Shown here: piece after piece, positions 40,649 to 50,080 of the stretch | How the letters are laid out: the number at the start of each line of letters is the position of its first letter | How positions within the stretch are numbered: position 1 is the stretch's first letter | IMG/VR virus record: IMGVR_UViG_3300005965_000002 | Span: 1-64,000 of that record | Length of the DNA stretch: 64,000 bases | Strand: one strand, 5' to 3' | The notes under the pieces: generated by a model | Databases searched by the model: none | The model's input: the letters and a program-made list of their open reading frames with translations, nothing else | What the model was told of the DNA's origin: nothing | Position numbers and translations under genes: made by a program

Positions 40649-40925
40649 TCCTGCCAGTGCTCAAGAGCCCAACGAGGAAGATACTTAGCGTAATTTTTTC
40701 TAAATTTTTTATTCAATCTTTTGTTGTTTAACCAACGCTTAGGTCTACGAACTTTTGCGTACCGTGCCATTTCCGGTAGAGTAATACTCGTAGGGATTTC
40801 TACAGCACCTTTTAGATCAAAAGACGCCTTAATCGTAAATTTTTTAGAGTTTTTTAAAATGCCTTTAACAGCCTTATCATTCATACAAGAATATACTCAT
40901 TAGAATAAGCATTTTAAAGTAAAAG

Positions 40926-41001
40926 TGGCTGGGGTGCCAGGATTTGAACCCGGGATCTTCTGGGCCAGAACCAGACGTTCTACCAACTGAACTACACCCC
41001 A
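40926..41001 (-). tRNA. tRNA-Gln(CTG)
   Basis: TCTGG-TTCTGGC-CCAGA; CCA. Confidence 0.92.
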
Positions 41002-41008
41002 GTAAAAA

Positions 41009-41081
41009 CTGGCAGGGTCGGGATCGAACCGACAGTCACCTGGGTAACAACCAGGCCGCTTGCCAATTTGCGTACCTGCCA
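41009..41081 (-). tRNA. tRNA-Asn(GTT), divergent second copy
   Basis: CCTGG-TTGTTAC-CCAGG; no CCA. Confidence 0.85.
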
Positions 41082-41106
41082 ATGAAATGTACTACCACCA
41101 AATAGA

Positions 41107-41312
41107 TATCAAAGAACAAATAAAAAACCCCGGAGAACTCTTGGTTCGCCGGGGTTTTTGATTCTCTTATTGAGCTTTAATCTAGGCCAAAAGAATCCCT
41201 CCCAACGAACCTTCTGTTCGCGGTTGTTGTGGATTAGGATTATTCTGGTTCATGATAAACATAATTTTTCCTCGTCAGTACTAATATACCCTTTTGCAGT
41301 AAAAAATACAAA
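41107..41312 (-). promoter_or_regulatory. attenuator 3: promoter TTGTAT-N17-TATATT, leader ORF 41262-41182, terminator 41159-41122, boxA-like 41118-41107
   Basis: Leader MFIMNQNNPNPQQPRTEGSLGGILLA; GGTTCGTTGGG pairs with CCCGGCGAACC. Confidence 0.88.
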
Positions 41313-41319
41313 TACTTTT

Positions 41320-42057
41320 TTAGTAGGGTAGAATTACTTCAAGCTCTACCTGTTGATCGATTCTAATATCAGTGCCGTCGATAAGCTCTCTAATATCGCT
41401 ACTCGGGAATTTCCAGGTACCACAATCTTGCACGGATCCGAAAAATAGGATAGCTTTACCGACTCCTGACTGGAAGTTTATTCTTAAAAAGGAGTCTAAT
41501 GTATTAGTCGTAACAGGTATATTATTGGATTTATTATATCCAGCAACGACTCCTGACTTATCCGGCTTTAGAAGTTCTACCGTAAGTTCAGCAGCAGCGC
41601 AAATACGAGACCAATCGCTATTATCGACAGCCGGTTCCGATGTTGTTGAGTTGGCAACTACGCACTGCCAGATAGCTCCATTGTGGTAGACATAATCATT
41701 CTGTGAGTAAGTTTCCGCAGTCCAAATACTGATGTTTTCGATCTCTAAATCAGAAGGTGCGTTAGCTTTAATACCAATATCACTACAGCTAAATCTTAAC
41801 CATTGTTTGGCGAATTCAATTGAGAAATCTAGGCCGGTGATTTGACCATCGGTCCATACTAGTGTGTAGTCACTATCGATAGATATTCTATCTTCTTCCT
41901 CCTGGGTGGTCTGGTAATAAGCGATATCGGTGACATCACCACCTGTGTAGTTGGTTGCTAGTGCATCTAAAAATCCTTGAGCGGGATCTGAAGATAATCT
42001 TCTTTTTTCCAGCTCCTGCTGTGTTGAAATTTGACCGAAAATGTAGAGGCTTGACAT
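41320..42057 (-). CDS. hypothetical protein with CBM5/12-like module
   Basis: W.AETYSQNDYVYHNGAIWQC...P.....W. Confidence 0.6.
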   Translation of the reverse strand: MSSLYIFGQISTQQELEKRRLSSDPAQGFLDALATNYTGGDVTDIAYYQTTQEEEDRISIDSDYTLVWTDGQITGLDFSIEFAKQWLRFSCSDIGIKANAPSDLEIENISIWTAETYSQNDYVYHNGAIWQCVVANSTTSEPAVDNSDWSRICAAAELTVELLKPDKSGVVAGYNKSNNIPVTTNTLDSFLRINFQSGVGKAILFFGSVQDCGTWKFPSSDIRELIDGTDIRIDQQVELEVILPY

Positions 42058-43008
42058 TTTCTAACCTTTCTTTAATTGTTCTTTGTATTCACCCTTTGTG
42101 ATTCTTTCATAGTATATCAATGTGTATCTTATGTTAGGGTTTTTCTTCTGTTGCTTTAATATCCAGTCTTTAGGGTCTTCTCTTTTATCTTTTGATTTCA
42201 ATATTTTGGTGTGATATAATGGTGCAGATAAACTCTTCGTGTTCTGGGTAGTATACGTGACATAGTAATAAAACTCTCTACCCCAGTAAATCTTTATTTT
42301 CATTTATTTCTCCTTATTTAATTAAGTTAAATAAGTATGCGTATATAAGGAGATAATTACACTTTTTTGCTCCTTAAGATGAATTTAACAATAAACCTGA
42401 TAAAGGATTTACCAGGCTTTATAGATAATATGTAGGAACGGTTAAAAGAGGCTTTTGCGGTATTTGACTACTTTAAATCTACCGTCGCGGACATGGATAG
42501 TGTCTATATCGACAATCTTCTTTTCTTCTACCCAGATAGGGTCGGTTAAGGTAAAATGGGCAGTCTTTATAGTACAGCTTACCGTGAGTAGGAAAAACAA
42601 AATTATACCTAATTTCATTTGGTGCGATACCTTTCCTTTAAACTATCCATGTAAGCGACCTCAGACTTAGGGACTACTGTAGGATCGCTATCGACCAGAT
42701 TTCCAACATAAATGGTTATAGCTTTGTCTATCCAGGGGGCGGTTAGTCTTAATTCTCGTGTCTTTTTATTTTCCCAGATTACCATAGCATAAGCAATGTG
42801 TTTACCGCCGAGTTCGTTTGTATACTCGACTTTCAATGCGTGAGAAGTGTCATTCGGGGTTATATAGTATTTAAGTTCCCAAGGACTAGAAGATCCTACC
42901 AGAGTTGTGTCCGGGTTCCAAGGAGCTCTAGTTTTTGGTTCAGGAAGTTTATTGTTTCTTTGACAGCTATATATACTTAGAAGCAATAAGATAAGGAATA
43001 GAATAGTT

Positions 43009-43707
43009 TTAATCATCTTTTTCCTCTTTTATTTTTGCTAACTTTTCTTGTATCAATTCTTCGGCTTCTTGGACACCTTTACCTACGAGGTGCTCGTTTT
43101 CAGGATCTATTCTAGCTAAGAGTTCCTCGAATTCTCCAACGTGTTCCTTCTCTTCATTAGCTACATCCTGCATTATCTTTCTAACCGCTGCATCCGGTGT
43201 GGAATCAGCGATAAGCTCATATAGGTGCACAGCATCGTGCTCGGCTGTAATAGCTAATCTGATAGCTCTAGCGAGCTCTCGTACAGTCATAAACCGATTA
43301 GGGTTAAGAGTGGGCTCTATAGATGTGAACTCTACGGCTGTCTTTTGCTGGAGAGAGGGGTCATCGCTAAAGATAGGCTTAACAATATATCGGATAGATC
43401 CGTGTTGTTGATTCATTTTCTCAGCTTGAGTTCTAGCCCTATTTTTGTGGTACTCACTTTTTGGAGGAGGGTAAGAGCCGCCTACTTGCTGTTTTGTTTG
43501 TTTATCGTAAATTCTGTATTCAGCGATTTCTCTGGGGTTATTTTTATCCACTAACCCCCCTGGAATGGTATCCTGTGCTTGAATAAACATATAGGCTACT
43601 CTCTGAGCAGCCTCTTTAATTTTGTTTGCAGATTCCATTTGTTTTACCACCTTTTTTGCCCAGGAATATCCGGGATCACCACCCCAACACTTTTCAGGCT
43701 TAGCCAT
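43009..43707 (-). CDS. protein with C-terminal ferritin-like domain
   Basis: AIRLAITAEHDAVHLYE...DVANEEKEHVGEF. Confidence 0.75.
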   Translation of the reverse strand: MAKPEKCWGGDPGYSWAKKVVKQMESANKIKEAAQRVAYMFIQAQDTIPGGLVDKNNPREIAEYRIYDKQTKQQVGGSYPPPKSEYHKNRARTQAEKMNQQHGSIRYIVKPIFSDDPSLQQKTAVEFTSIEPTLNPNRFMTVRELARAIRLAITAEHDAVHLYELIADSTPDAAVRKIMQDVANEEKEHVGEFEELLARIDPENEHLVGKGVQEAEELIQEKLAKIKEEKDD

Positions 43708-43763
43708 ATAAAATCCTCCTAAACTATTAATATAAGTTAAAAGGATTTTATATTAGTTGATTA

Positions 43764-44063
43764 TTATCCAGCCTGAATTTCGGTGCAGAGGCGCAAAGGC
43801 GGGCCCGCTAGTCTGCTTTCGACCATTTCGCAGGTTTCCAAATTTCCCTGGTACGCTATAGCTTTACCATTATTGTGGGCTTCTATAGTAATAGAGTAAG
43901 CTTTGTTTAAATCGCATTTGACTGATCTTTGTACATGGATCACCACTTCTTCGAAAGAATGGTGCTCATCGTTAAAAAGCACTACCTTATGCGGCTTACC
44001 TAAAAGCGTGCTTATATCTGTTGTGGTCTTTAGATCGGGAGTTTGAATACTACCGCTATTCAT
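43764..44063 (-). CDS. clpS: ClpS-like N-degron adaptor
   Basis: KVVLFNDEHHSFEEV...AHNNGKA. Confidence 0.85.
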   Translation of the reverse strand: MNSGSIQTPDLKTTTDISTLLGKPHKVVLFNDEHHSFEEVVIHVQRSVKCDLNKAYSITIEAHNNGKAIAYQGNLETCEMVESRLAGPPLRLCTEIQAG

Positions 44064-44173
44064 TAGTATACTCCGGGAGGCTATATTTGTTAAGAATGTA
44101 GAAATAACTTATTGTAATAGCGCTTACAATAAATAAAGCAAGACCTAAGAATAACCGTTTAAACATTTTCATT

Positions 44174-45184
44174 TTAATGCCTATCGAAGATTTCGGACAT
44201 TGAGTTTTGGAAGTAGACACAAAGAATAGCATCAGAAAACATATCAGCCATTGAGATATATTCAAAAGTTTCCTGGATATTACTATCATTGGATATTTCA
44301 TTATCGATTGATTCCCTATAGACCGTATCGGTAAGATAAACTTTTTGAATACAAGACTCAGCTATCTTCTTAGGCGCTCCCTCGGTAAGCACGCCATGGA
44401 CGGCAAACACTTCTATGCTGTTGGCTCCAAGTTCCTTTAGTTTTTCAGCAGCTTTTATTACTGAGTTACCCGAGGCTATTTCATCATCCATTATAAGGCA
44501 GTTCTTGCCTTTTACATTCCCGGCTACATTAGTAATGGTGGGAGATTCGCTGTCATCGACTCTGATTTTATTCATATACGCCACAGGCGTACCAAAATAC
44601 TCAGCGTATCCAGCTACCATTTTACTACTCCCGGTGTCGGGAGCTACAAGTACAACATTATCCTTTAGCTTATCCTTCATGTATTTCCGAATAGTTATAG
44701 CAGGCAATAGATGATCTACTGGTATCCGAAAAAACCCTTGTACCTGAGGGGAATGAAGATTCATCGTAATTACCCGGTCAGCTCCTGCTGTTTCCAGCAT
44801 GTCAGCTACGAGTCTGGCTGTTATAGATATTCTGGCTTCATCCTTCTTATCTGATCGGCTATAGGGAAAATAGGGCAAAACAGTTGTTATACGCCCTGCG
44901 CTTGCATGCTTTAGGGCATCTATTAATATCAGAAGTTCTACCAACCGTTCATTTTGGTTGGGATAATTAGGCTGAATGATAAAGATATCATCGCCTCTTA
45001 CACATTTTTCTATTTTTACTTTTATGTTGTCGTTCGAAAATTTTACACAACTTACAGGTACTATAGGCTGTTCGCCCTGATAAGCTTCTTGGATATTTTT
45101 TGCAACAAGATCATAAAGGGGATAATAAGAGGATCCAGTAATAATCCCTAAACTTTTTGTCATAATATTTAACTGATAATTCAT
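44174..45184 (-). CDS. prs: ribose-phosphate pyrophosphokinase family protein
   Basis: PYFPYSRSDKK, LHSPQVQGFF, APDTG, MDDEIASG. Confidence 0.9.
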   Translation of the reverse strand: MNYQLNIMTKSLGIITGSSYYPLYDLVAKNIQEAYQGEQPIVPVSCVKFSNDNIKVKIEKCVRGDDIFIIQPNYPNQNERLVELLILIDALKHASAGRITTVLPYFPYSRSDKKDEARISITARLVADMLETAGADRVITMNLHSPQVQGFFRIPVDHLLPAITIRKYMKDKLKDNVVLVAPDTGSSKMVAGYAEYFGTPVAYMNKIRVDDSESPTITNVAGNVKGKNCLIMDDEIASGNSVIKAAEKLKELGANSIEVFAVHGVLTEGAPKKIAESCIQKVYLTDTVYRESIDNEISNDSNIQETFEYISMADMFSDAILCVYFQNSMSEIFDRH

Positions 45185-45563
45185 AGTATATCCTTAAGCG
45201 TCTGTTTAAAAATTATTAATAGAGGCACGCTCCCCAAGATTTCACACTGAGTAGCCCTTAGAAGAATATACTTATTTGAGACAAGATATTAAATCAGCTA
45301 TGGTATTTCATTGAGAGGGAGCAGGCACCTGCCACAATATAATAGAAAAAGCTCATGGGATGCTTTGTCGTGTCGGGTAGCTTGAAGAGCTTGTAGAGTG
45401 TATGTTCTACTTCTCGGTGGGATAATAATAGAGGGATATGAATGGATCTGTTTTCACATTTCAGAGAGGGCATGTAACCCGCATTTTTCTCTCTGAAGAT
45501 AACTTTGCAGCTTCCTTCTAAGATATCGAACTGATCTTCTATTAAATTGTTCATGTTGTCCAT

Positions 45564-45637
45564 TACGCCCGGTAGGATTCGAACCTACGACTACCGGCTT
45601 CGGAAGCCGGGACTCTATTCCGCTGAGTTACGGGCGC
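45564..45637 (-). tRNA. tRNA-Arg(CCG)
   Basis: CCGGC-TTCCGAA-GCCGG; no CCA. Confidence 0.92.
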
Positions 45638-45942
45638 TTGCCTAATATGGAAATTCTTTGGCAGACTTTAGCCAGGTTGAGCCCCTCCACATCGGATACG
45701 TCAACCCCGTAGATTTCTTCTATTTTTTTAAAGTCTTCTCTTCTGTCTCTTTGAATTCCATCTTCTGTGAGCTCAAAGTTAAAATCATCTAACGAAGATT
45801 CGTCTGTAATAAAAGATTGCTTTATTCCATAGACCCTAAATAAAAGGTCATGTGCGATATCTTTGTAAGATTCGATTTCTATTTGAGGAGCAAAGTAAAA
45901 CTTTAGTTCGGGTTTTTCTTTCTTCATAATAACCTTTATAAA

Positions 45943-45982
45943 TGGTGGGCACAGTAGGATTCGAACCTACGACCCCCTGCTT
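45943..45982 (-). pseudogene. orphan 3' half of a tRNA (Val-like)
   Basis: AAGCAGG-GGGTC-GTAGGTTCGAATCCTAC-TGTGCCC-ACCA; no matching 5' half seen. Confidence 0.7.
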
Positions 45983-46051
45983 ACTAAGAACTATATAATA
46001 ATCTTTTAATATAATATACTTTTTTGTACCACTAAAATACAAAGGAATATT

Positions 46052-46843
46052 ATGAAAAATTGTTTATTGTGCGGAGACCTTATTCCAAATTGGATTAAAA
46101 TAGACGGGAAAAGGAAAAATATATCCAGTCGAAAATACTGTTTAAAATGTTCGCCTTATAAAAAACACAACACAAAAAAGTTACACTTAAATAGTAACTC
46201 CGAAAAATTTAAAAAATGTAAAAGCTGCGGTAAAAAACAATCTATTGATAAATTCAGAAAAAGAACAGATAGAGAAAATTTAAGGGTGCCTTATTGTAAA
46301 AAGTGCCAAAATAAAGAGATGCTGATTAGATATAAAAAAAGACACTATAAATTAAAACTCAAAGCTGTTAAATACCTGGGCGGGAAATGTCATGTTTGTG
46401 GTTATAGTAAAAACATACATGTTTTAGACTTTCACCATAAGAACCCAAAAATTAAAAAAGGAGAATTTATAAAATTTAAAAGCGAAGCACGCATTGAGAA
46501 AGAACTAGATAGGTGCGTGTTACTTTGCTCTAACTGCCATAGGGAGCTCCACTATAATGTAAAGAGTTCTAAAATAATTAAAAAAGACACAATAAGAATA
46601 AAAAAGCTGTTGCTTAGTCTAAAGCAAAAAGCTGTTACATACCTGGGAGGGAAATGTTCTGCCTGCGGCTATAAAAAATGTATAGCCGCGCTTGAGTTTC
46701 ACCATATTTCAAAGAGCAAAGAATTTAATATATCAAAGCCTAAATCAATAGTATTTGAAAAAATAAAAACCGAATTAGATAAGTGCTCCCTATTATGCTC
46801 TAACTGTCACAGGGAAACACATCATAATAGTTGCAAAAAATAG
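46052..46843 (+). CDS. free-standing endonuclease with two HNH domains
   Basis: Two copies of GGKC..CGY....L.FHH...C.LLCSNCHRE.H. Confidence 0.88.
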   Translation: MKNCLLCGDLIPNWIKIDGKRKNISSRKYCLKCSPYKKHNTKKLHLNSNSEKFKKCKSCGKKQSIDKFRKRTDRENLRVPYCKKCQNKEMLIRYKKRHYKLKLKAVKYLGGKCHVCGYSKNIHVLDFHHKNPKIKKGEFIKFKSEARIEKELDRCVLLCSNCHRELHYNVKSSKIIKKDTIRIKKLLLSLKQKAVTYLGGKCSACGYKKCIAALEFHHISKSKEFNISKPKSIVFEKIKTELDKCSLLCSNCHRETHHNSCKK

Positions 46844-46914
46844 GCGATCAGGGATTTGAACCCTGGATCTTTTGAATGTAACTCAAACGCTTTTACCAAC
46901 TAAGCTAATCGCCT
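46841..46914 (-). tRNA. tRNA-Val(TAC)
   Basis: TTTGA-GTTACAT-TCAAA; no CCA. Confidence 0.88.
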
Positions 46915-47109
46915 ATGTAAACTCTGTGGGCTATTTAGCAAACTTTATGAAATCTCAATATGGTGCTCTTTCCACATTTCTTTACTTACCAATCTTTTTG
47001 CGCCTACCAAGATGATTAATCTCCATCCATACAGATAAGCTAATTCTTCTCTACGTTCTTTAATAGCATCTTTTTCATTATGTCTCTGTATAAAAGTGAT
47101 GACCAGTAA

Positions 47110-47184
47110 CACCCCCGCCAGGATTCGAACCTGGAACTAACCGGCGTTCGTAGCGCCGTGCTCTATCCATTGAGCTACGGGGGC
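47110..47184 (-). tRNA. tRNA-Arg(ACG)
   Basis: CGGCG-CTACGAA-CGCCG; no CCA. Confidence 0.9.
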
Positions 47185-47187
47185 GTA

Positions 47188-47273
47188 AAGCAGATAGACA
47201 AATCGGTAGCTGGTCTCACATGATTGTCTCAAAGCCCTGGCTTTCAGTTTTCACGTCACTGCCCTCTCTGCTT
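47188..47273 (-). ncRNA. putative structured small RNA between tRNA-Lys and tRNA-Arg
   Basis: Closing stem AAGCAGAGAGGGCA/TGTCTATCTGCTT; interior rich in TGAAA/TGAGA. Confidence 0.55.
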
Positions 47274-47278
47274 ATAAA

Positions 47279-47353
47279 TGGTACGCCCGGCTGGGCTTGA
47301 ACCAGAAACTCTCGCCTTAAGAGGGCGATACTCTACCATTGAGTTACGGGCGC
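47279..47353 (-). tRNA. tRNA-Lys(CTT)
   Basis: TCGCC-CTCTTAA-GGCGA; CCA. Confidence 0.92.
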
Positions 47354-47443
47354 ATATCATCAAAGAACATGGGCTTGCCCAGAATATAACCGGAGGCTCA
47401 ATGCCAAAGAGGCATTTTAACCATCTGAGCTATAAAGGCATAC

Positions 47444-47977
47444 CTATAAAAATTTTTTTATGTTTATTAGCTTTCCGTGTACTTCCGCGTGGCAACTCCT
47501 GCACAAGCATATGCATTTGTTTAGTTCTTTTTTTACTTTATCTAAATTTAACAGTTTGGATTTTGATATTATATAATCTTTTTTAGAAGGTTCTAAATGA
47601 TGAAATTCCAATGCTCCATAATACTTATTATATCCACAGATTAAACACTTACCGCCTAAATACTCTACCGCTTCTTTTTTTAATTTTATTTGCCTATCTT
47701 TAGTGCTGTTGCTACAACATAATTTACAGTAAGAGCTATACCCTCCGCTCTCCCTTTTATAAAACTCATTTAACTTCTTTTTTTTGTTGCATTTTGGGCA
47801 TAGCTTTTCTGACTTAATATCGATTCCTAATTCATCCGGTACGTGTAGCTTTTTTGTGTTATGCTTTTTATAGGGAGAACACCTTAAACAATATTTTCTA
47901 GAAAATAGATACTTCCATTCACCGTTTATTTTTTGATATCCCTTAAACTCTTTATTACATTTTTTACATATTGGCAT
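47444..47977 (-). CDS. HNH endonuclease, paralog of 46052-46843
   Basis: SRKYCL.CSPYKKHNTKKLH shared; GGKCLICGY..LEFHH..CRSCHAEVH. Confidence 0.88.
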   Translation of the reverse strand: MPICKKCNKEFKGYQKINGEWKYLFSRKYCLRCSPYKKHNTKKLHVPDELGIDIKSEKLCPKCNKKKKLNEFYKRESGGYSSYCKLCCSNSTKDRQIKLKKEAVEYLGGKCLICGYNKYYGALEFHHLEPSKKDYIISKSKLLNLDKVKKELNKCICLCRSCHAEVHGKLINIKKFL

Positions 47978-48051
47978 AATAACCTACACTATTTAATTGC
48001 TAAACCTTTGTGTTTAACAACTATAAATTAGTAGATTAGTACATATAATAG

Positions 48052-48125
48052 TGGGTTAGGAGGGACTCGAACCCTCGACTCCGATATTAAAAGTATCGTA
48101 CTCTAGCCATCTGAGTTACTAACCC
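48052..48125 (-). tRNA. tRNA-Lys(TTT)
   Basis: CGATA-CTTTTAA-TATCG; CTA tail. Confidence 0.92.
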
Positions 48126-48429
48126 ATTTTCCTTCCTTCAGCAGCGATGTCCCGACTTTCCTCTGCTAAATTCCCAGGTCTCCCAAGGCGTAGGGTCAGA
48201 GTATTCTATCTCTTTATCTTAGCACTAGGAGGATCCGGTGGAGCCGGAGGAGCATTTGAGTTATCAAACTGTCTCATAGCTCCTTGCTTCTTACCTTCTG
48301 TTAGTCGAATACTCCTATTATGATTTCTATCATCTTCAGCTCTATGAAAATTGACCATAGGGTCAGACTTCATATCAGCTTCGCTCTTTTTAAATATATA
48401 AGGTTTCTTTTTCATATTATCCCAGAAAT

Positions 48430-48637
48430 AAAAAAGCCCTCCGGATTCCTCCAGAGGGCTTTGTATCTTAAAAATGCTTTCGCTTTTAGATAAAAAGCCT
48501 AAATTCCCCCCTGTGGCTACCTTTACGGCGCTTTACTACGACTTTTACCTTTTTCACGATCATCAGCATAATTCCACCTAATTTCTTCAGTTTTCTTCTC
48601 GTACTTATAATATACCACTTAGAACTCCTTATTTCAA
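48430..48637 (-). promoter_or_regulatory. attenuator 4: promoter TTGAAA-N17-TATATT, leader ORF 48569-48486, terminator 48462-48430
   Basis: Leader MLMIVKKVKVVVKRRKGSHRGEFRLFI; GGCTTTTTATCT pairs with AGATACAAAGCC, and CAGGGGG with CCCTCTG. Confidence 0.88.
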
Positions 48638-49512
48638 ACACTTCCTAAATATTTTTTTACTAAGTCTTTGTATACGGATAGGTACTTTAGGTATATCTCA
48701 TTAAAATACACTGCGTTAGGATAGGCCCAGTCCCACGATAAAAATTTATCACTATCTGGAGCGTTAGGTCCTGTAAAATGTACAATGCGTGCTGATTGGG
48801 GAGGAGACCCGACGTCACGCAGGGAGCCGAATGATACCTGATAATTATACAGATAGCTTTGGCTAATTGGTATGTTTAAGACGTTACACCATAGTGTTAT
48901 AATACTTTGATCGGCATACGCACAATACTTAATAAAATCCTTTGAGAGGTCACATAATAGATTATAATAAAAAGGTGTCCTGTACTTTTTGGGAATCATA
49001 AAGACACCAGCGTTTGCCATGCTATTAGGACCGTCTGGGTATTTAATACCGTATCTATTAAGTTTTCTTTGTAGTTTCTTATCGTGCCTTTTATCCTGGC
49101 CAAAGACCCTGACTATTGTATAGGGCTCGTGATTAGAAACTATAAAGAAATCGTGTTCTTCAAAAATATAGTCCAAATTTCTTTGTACAATAGTATCGCA
49201 ATCTAAATAAAGCACATTATCGTATTCATCAAAATCTGATGTCCATAGGTTGTACTTAAGGTAGACCCCTGGATGATTCACAGGCCCTAAACTCTTTTTT
49301 TGAGCCCTAAAATTTTCCCTGTAGAACATATCCTTTAACTCTACGTTTACTAGAGTTCTTAAAAGATTTCTAATCTCTGTGTTTTGTCCTTCGTAATAGA
49401 CTAAAATTTTTGGGTGTGATGGGTAGTTAGTTACTATACTACCCACCAGCGCCCTGGCATAATTCAAGTATCTATCATCGAAGTAAAAAGCTATTGCGTT
49501 TTTCTTAGACAT
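48634..49512 (-). CDS. glycosyltransferase family 8
   Basis: VLYLDCD, NAGV, ADQS, YNYQ, IVHFTG. Confidence 0.85.
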   Translation of the reverse strand: MSKKNAIAFYFDDRYLNYARALVGSIVTNYPSHPKILVYYEGQNTEIRNLLRTLVNVELKDMFYRENFRAQKKSLGPVNHPGVYLKYNLWTSDFDEYDNVLYLDCDTIVQRNLDYIFEEHDFFIVSNHEPYTIVRVFGQDKRHDKKLQRKLNRYGIKYPDGPNSMANAGVFMIPKKYRTPFYYNLLCDLSKDFIKYCAYADQSIITLWCNVLNIPISQSYLYNYQVSFGSLRDVGSPPQSARIVHFTGPNAPDSDKFLSWDWAYPNAVYFNEIYLKYLSVYKDLVKKYLGSV

Positions 49513-50071
49513 AATCCTCTGGAAAGTTTAACCGGCTAACGTCTTTAGTTCTTTTATAAACAGCTTGATCATATGCTGCGGCAGCATCTGTTTCTTCACT
49601 AAAGAAACCAAGTTCCATTCTTTTACCAGCTATGCAAGCTCTGGCTCTCCATTTACTGTACGACTCAGCCCAGCTCACTCCTCGAAAGGCGCTACTTTTC
49701 CCTCTTGGAGATACTCTATTAGCTTTTCTTTTATTTAGTTTCTTAGCTTTTCTGTTAGTAGACTTTAGATGAGGGGTTCTGCGCCTATCTACTAAAGTCT
49801 TTTTTTCTACTAGGTTCATCGGACCATCTATACCTTCAGATTCGATGGCTATATTCGAACTTTGCGGGAGGCTCTTTGTACCCCTGTCGGACATTGTTGT
49901 ATCATTTAAGCACTCCGAGAGCCAATCTTCTTCCTCAATAGTAATCTCAGGAAACTCTGCCTCAATAAAATTCTTAATCTCAAGGATTTCATTGAAGAGA
50001 GTTTTGATTTTTTCTTTCGCTGTCACTATCATTGTGCCTTTAAGTGCCGGGGGAATCGAGCTGGTGCTCAT
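49505..50071 (-). CDS. AP2-domain DNA-binding protein
   Basis: SAFRGVSW...KWRAR....LGFF.EE.DAAAAYD....LNFP. Confidence 0.8.
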   Translation of the reverse strand: MSTSSIPPALKGTMIVTAKEKIKTLFNEILEIKNFIEAEFPEITIEEEDWLSECLNDTTMSDRGTKSLPQSSNIAIESEGIDGPMNLVEKKTLVDRRRTPHLKSTNRKAKKLNKRKANRVSPRGKSSAFRGVSWAESYSKWRARACIAGKRMELGFFSEETDAAAAYDQAVYKRTKDVSRLNFPEDYV

Positions 50072-50080
50072 TACTACCTC

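Noticed and set aside
48126-48205. GAGGAAAGTCGG upstream of tRNA-Lys resembles the RNase P RNA P4 strand
   Set aside because: Only ~80 nt are available and no complementary 3' P4 element was seen; possibly structured but unsupported.
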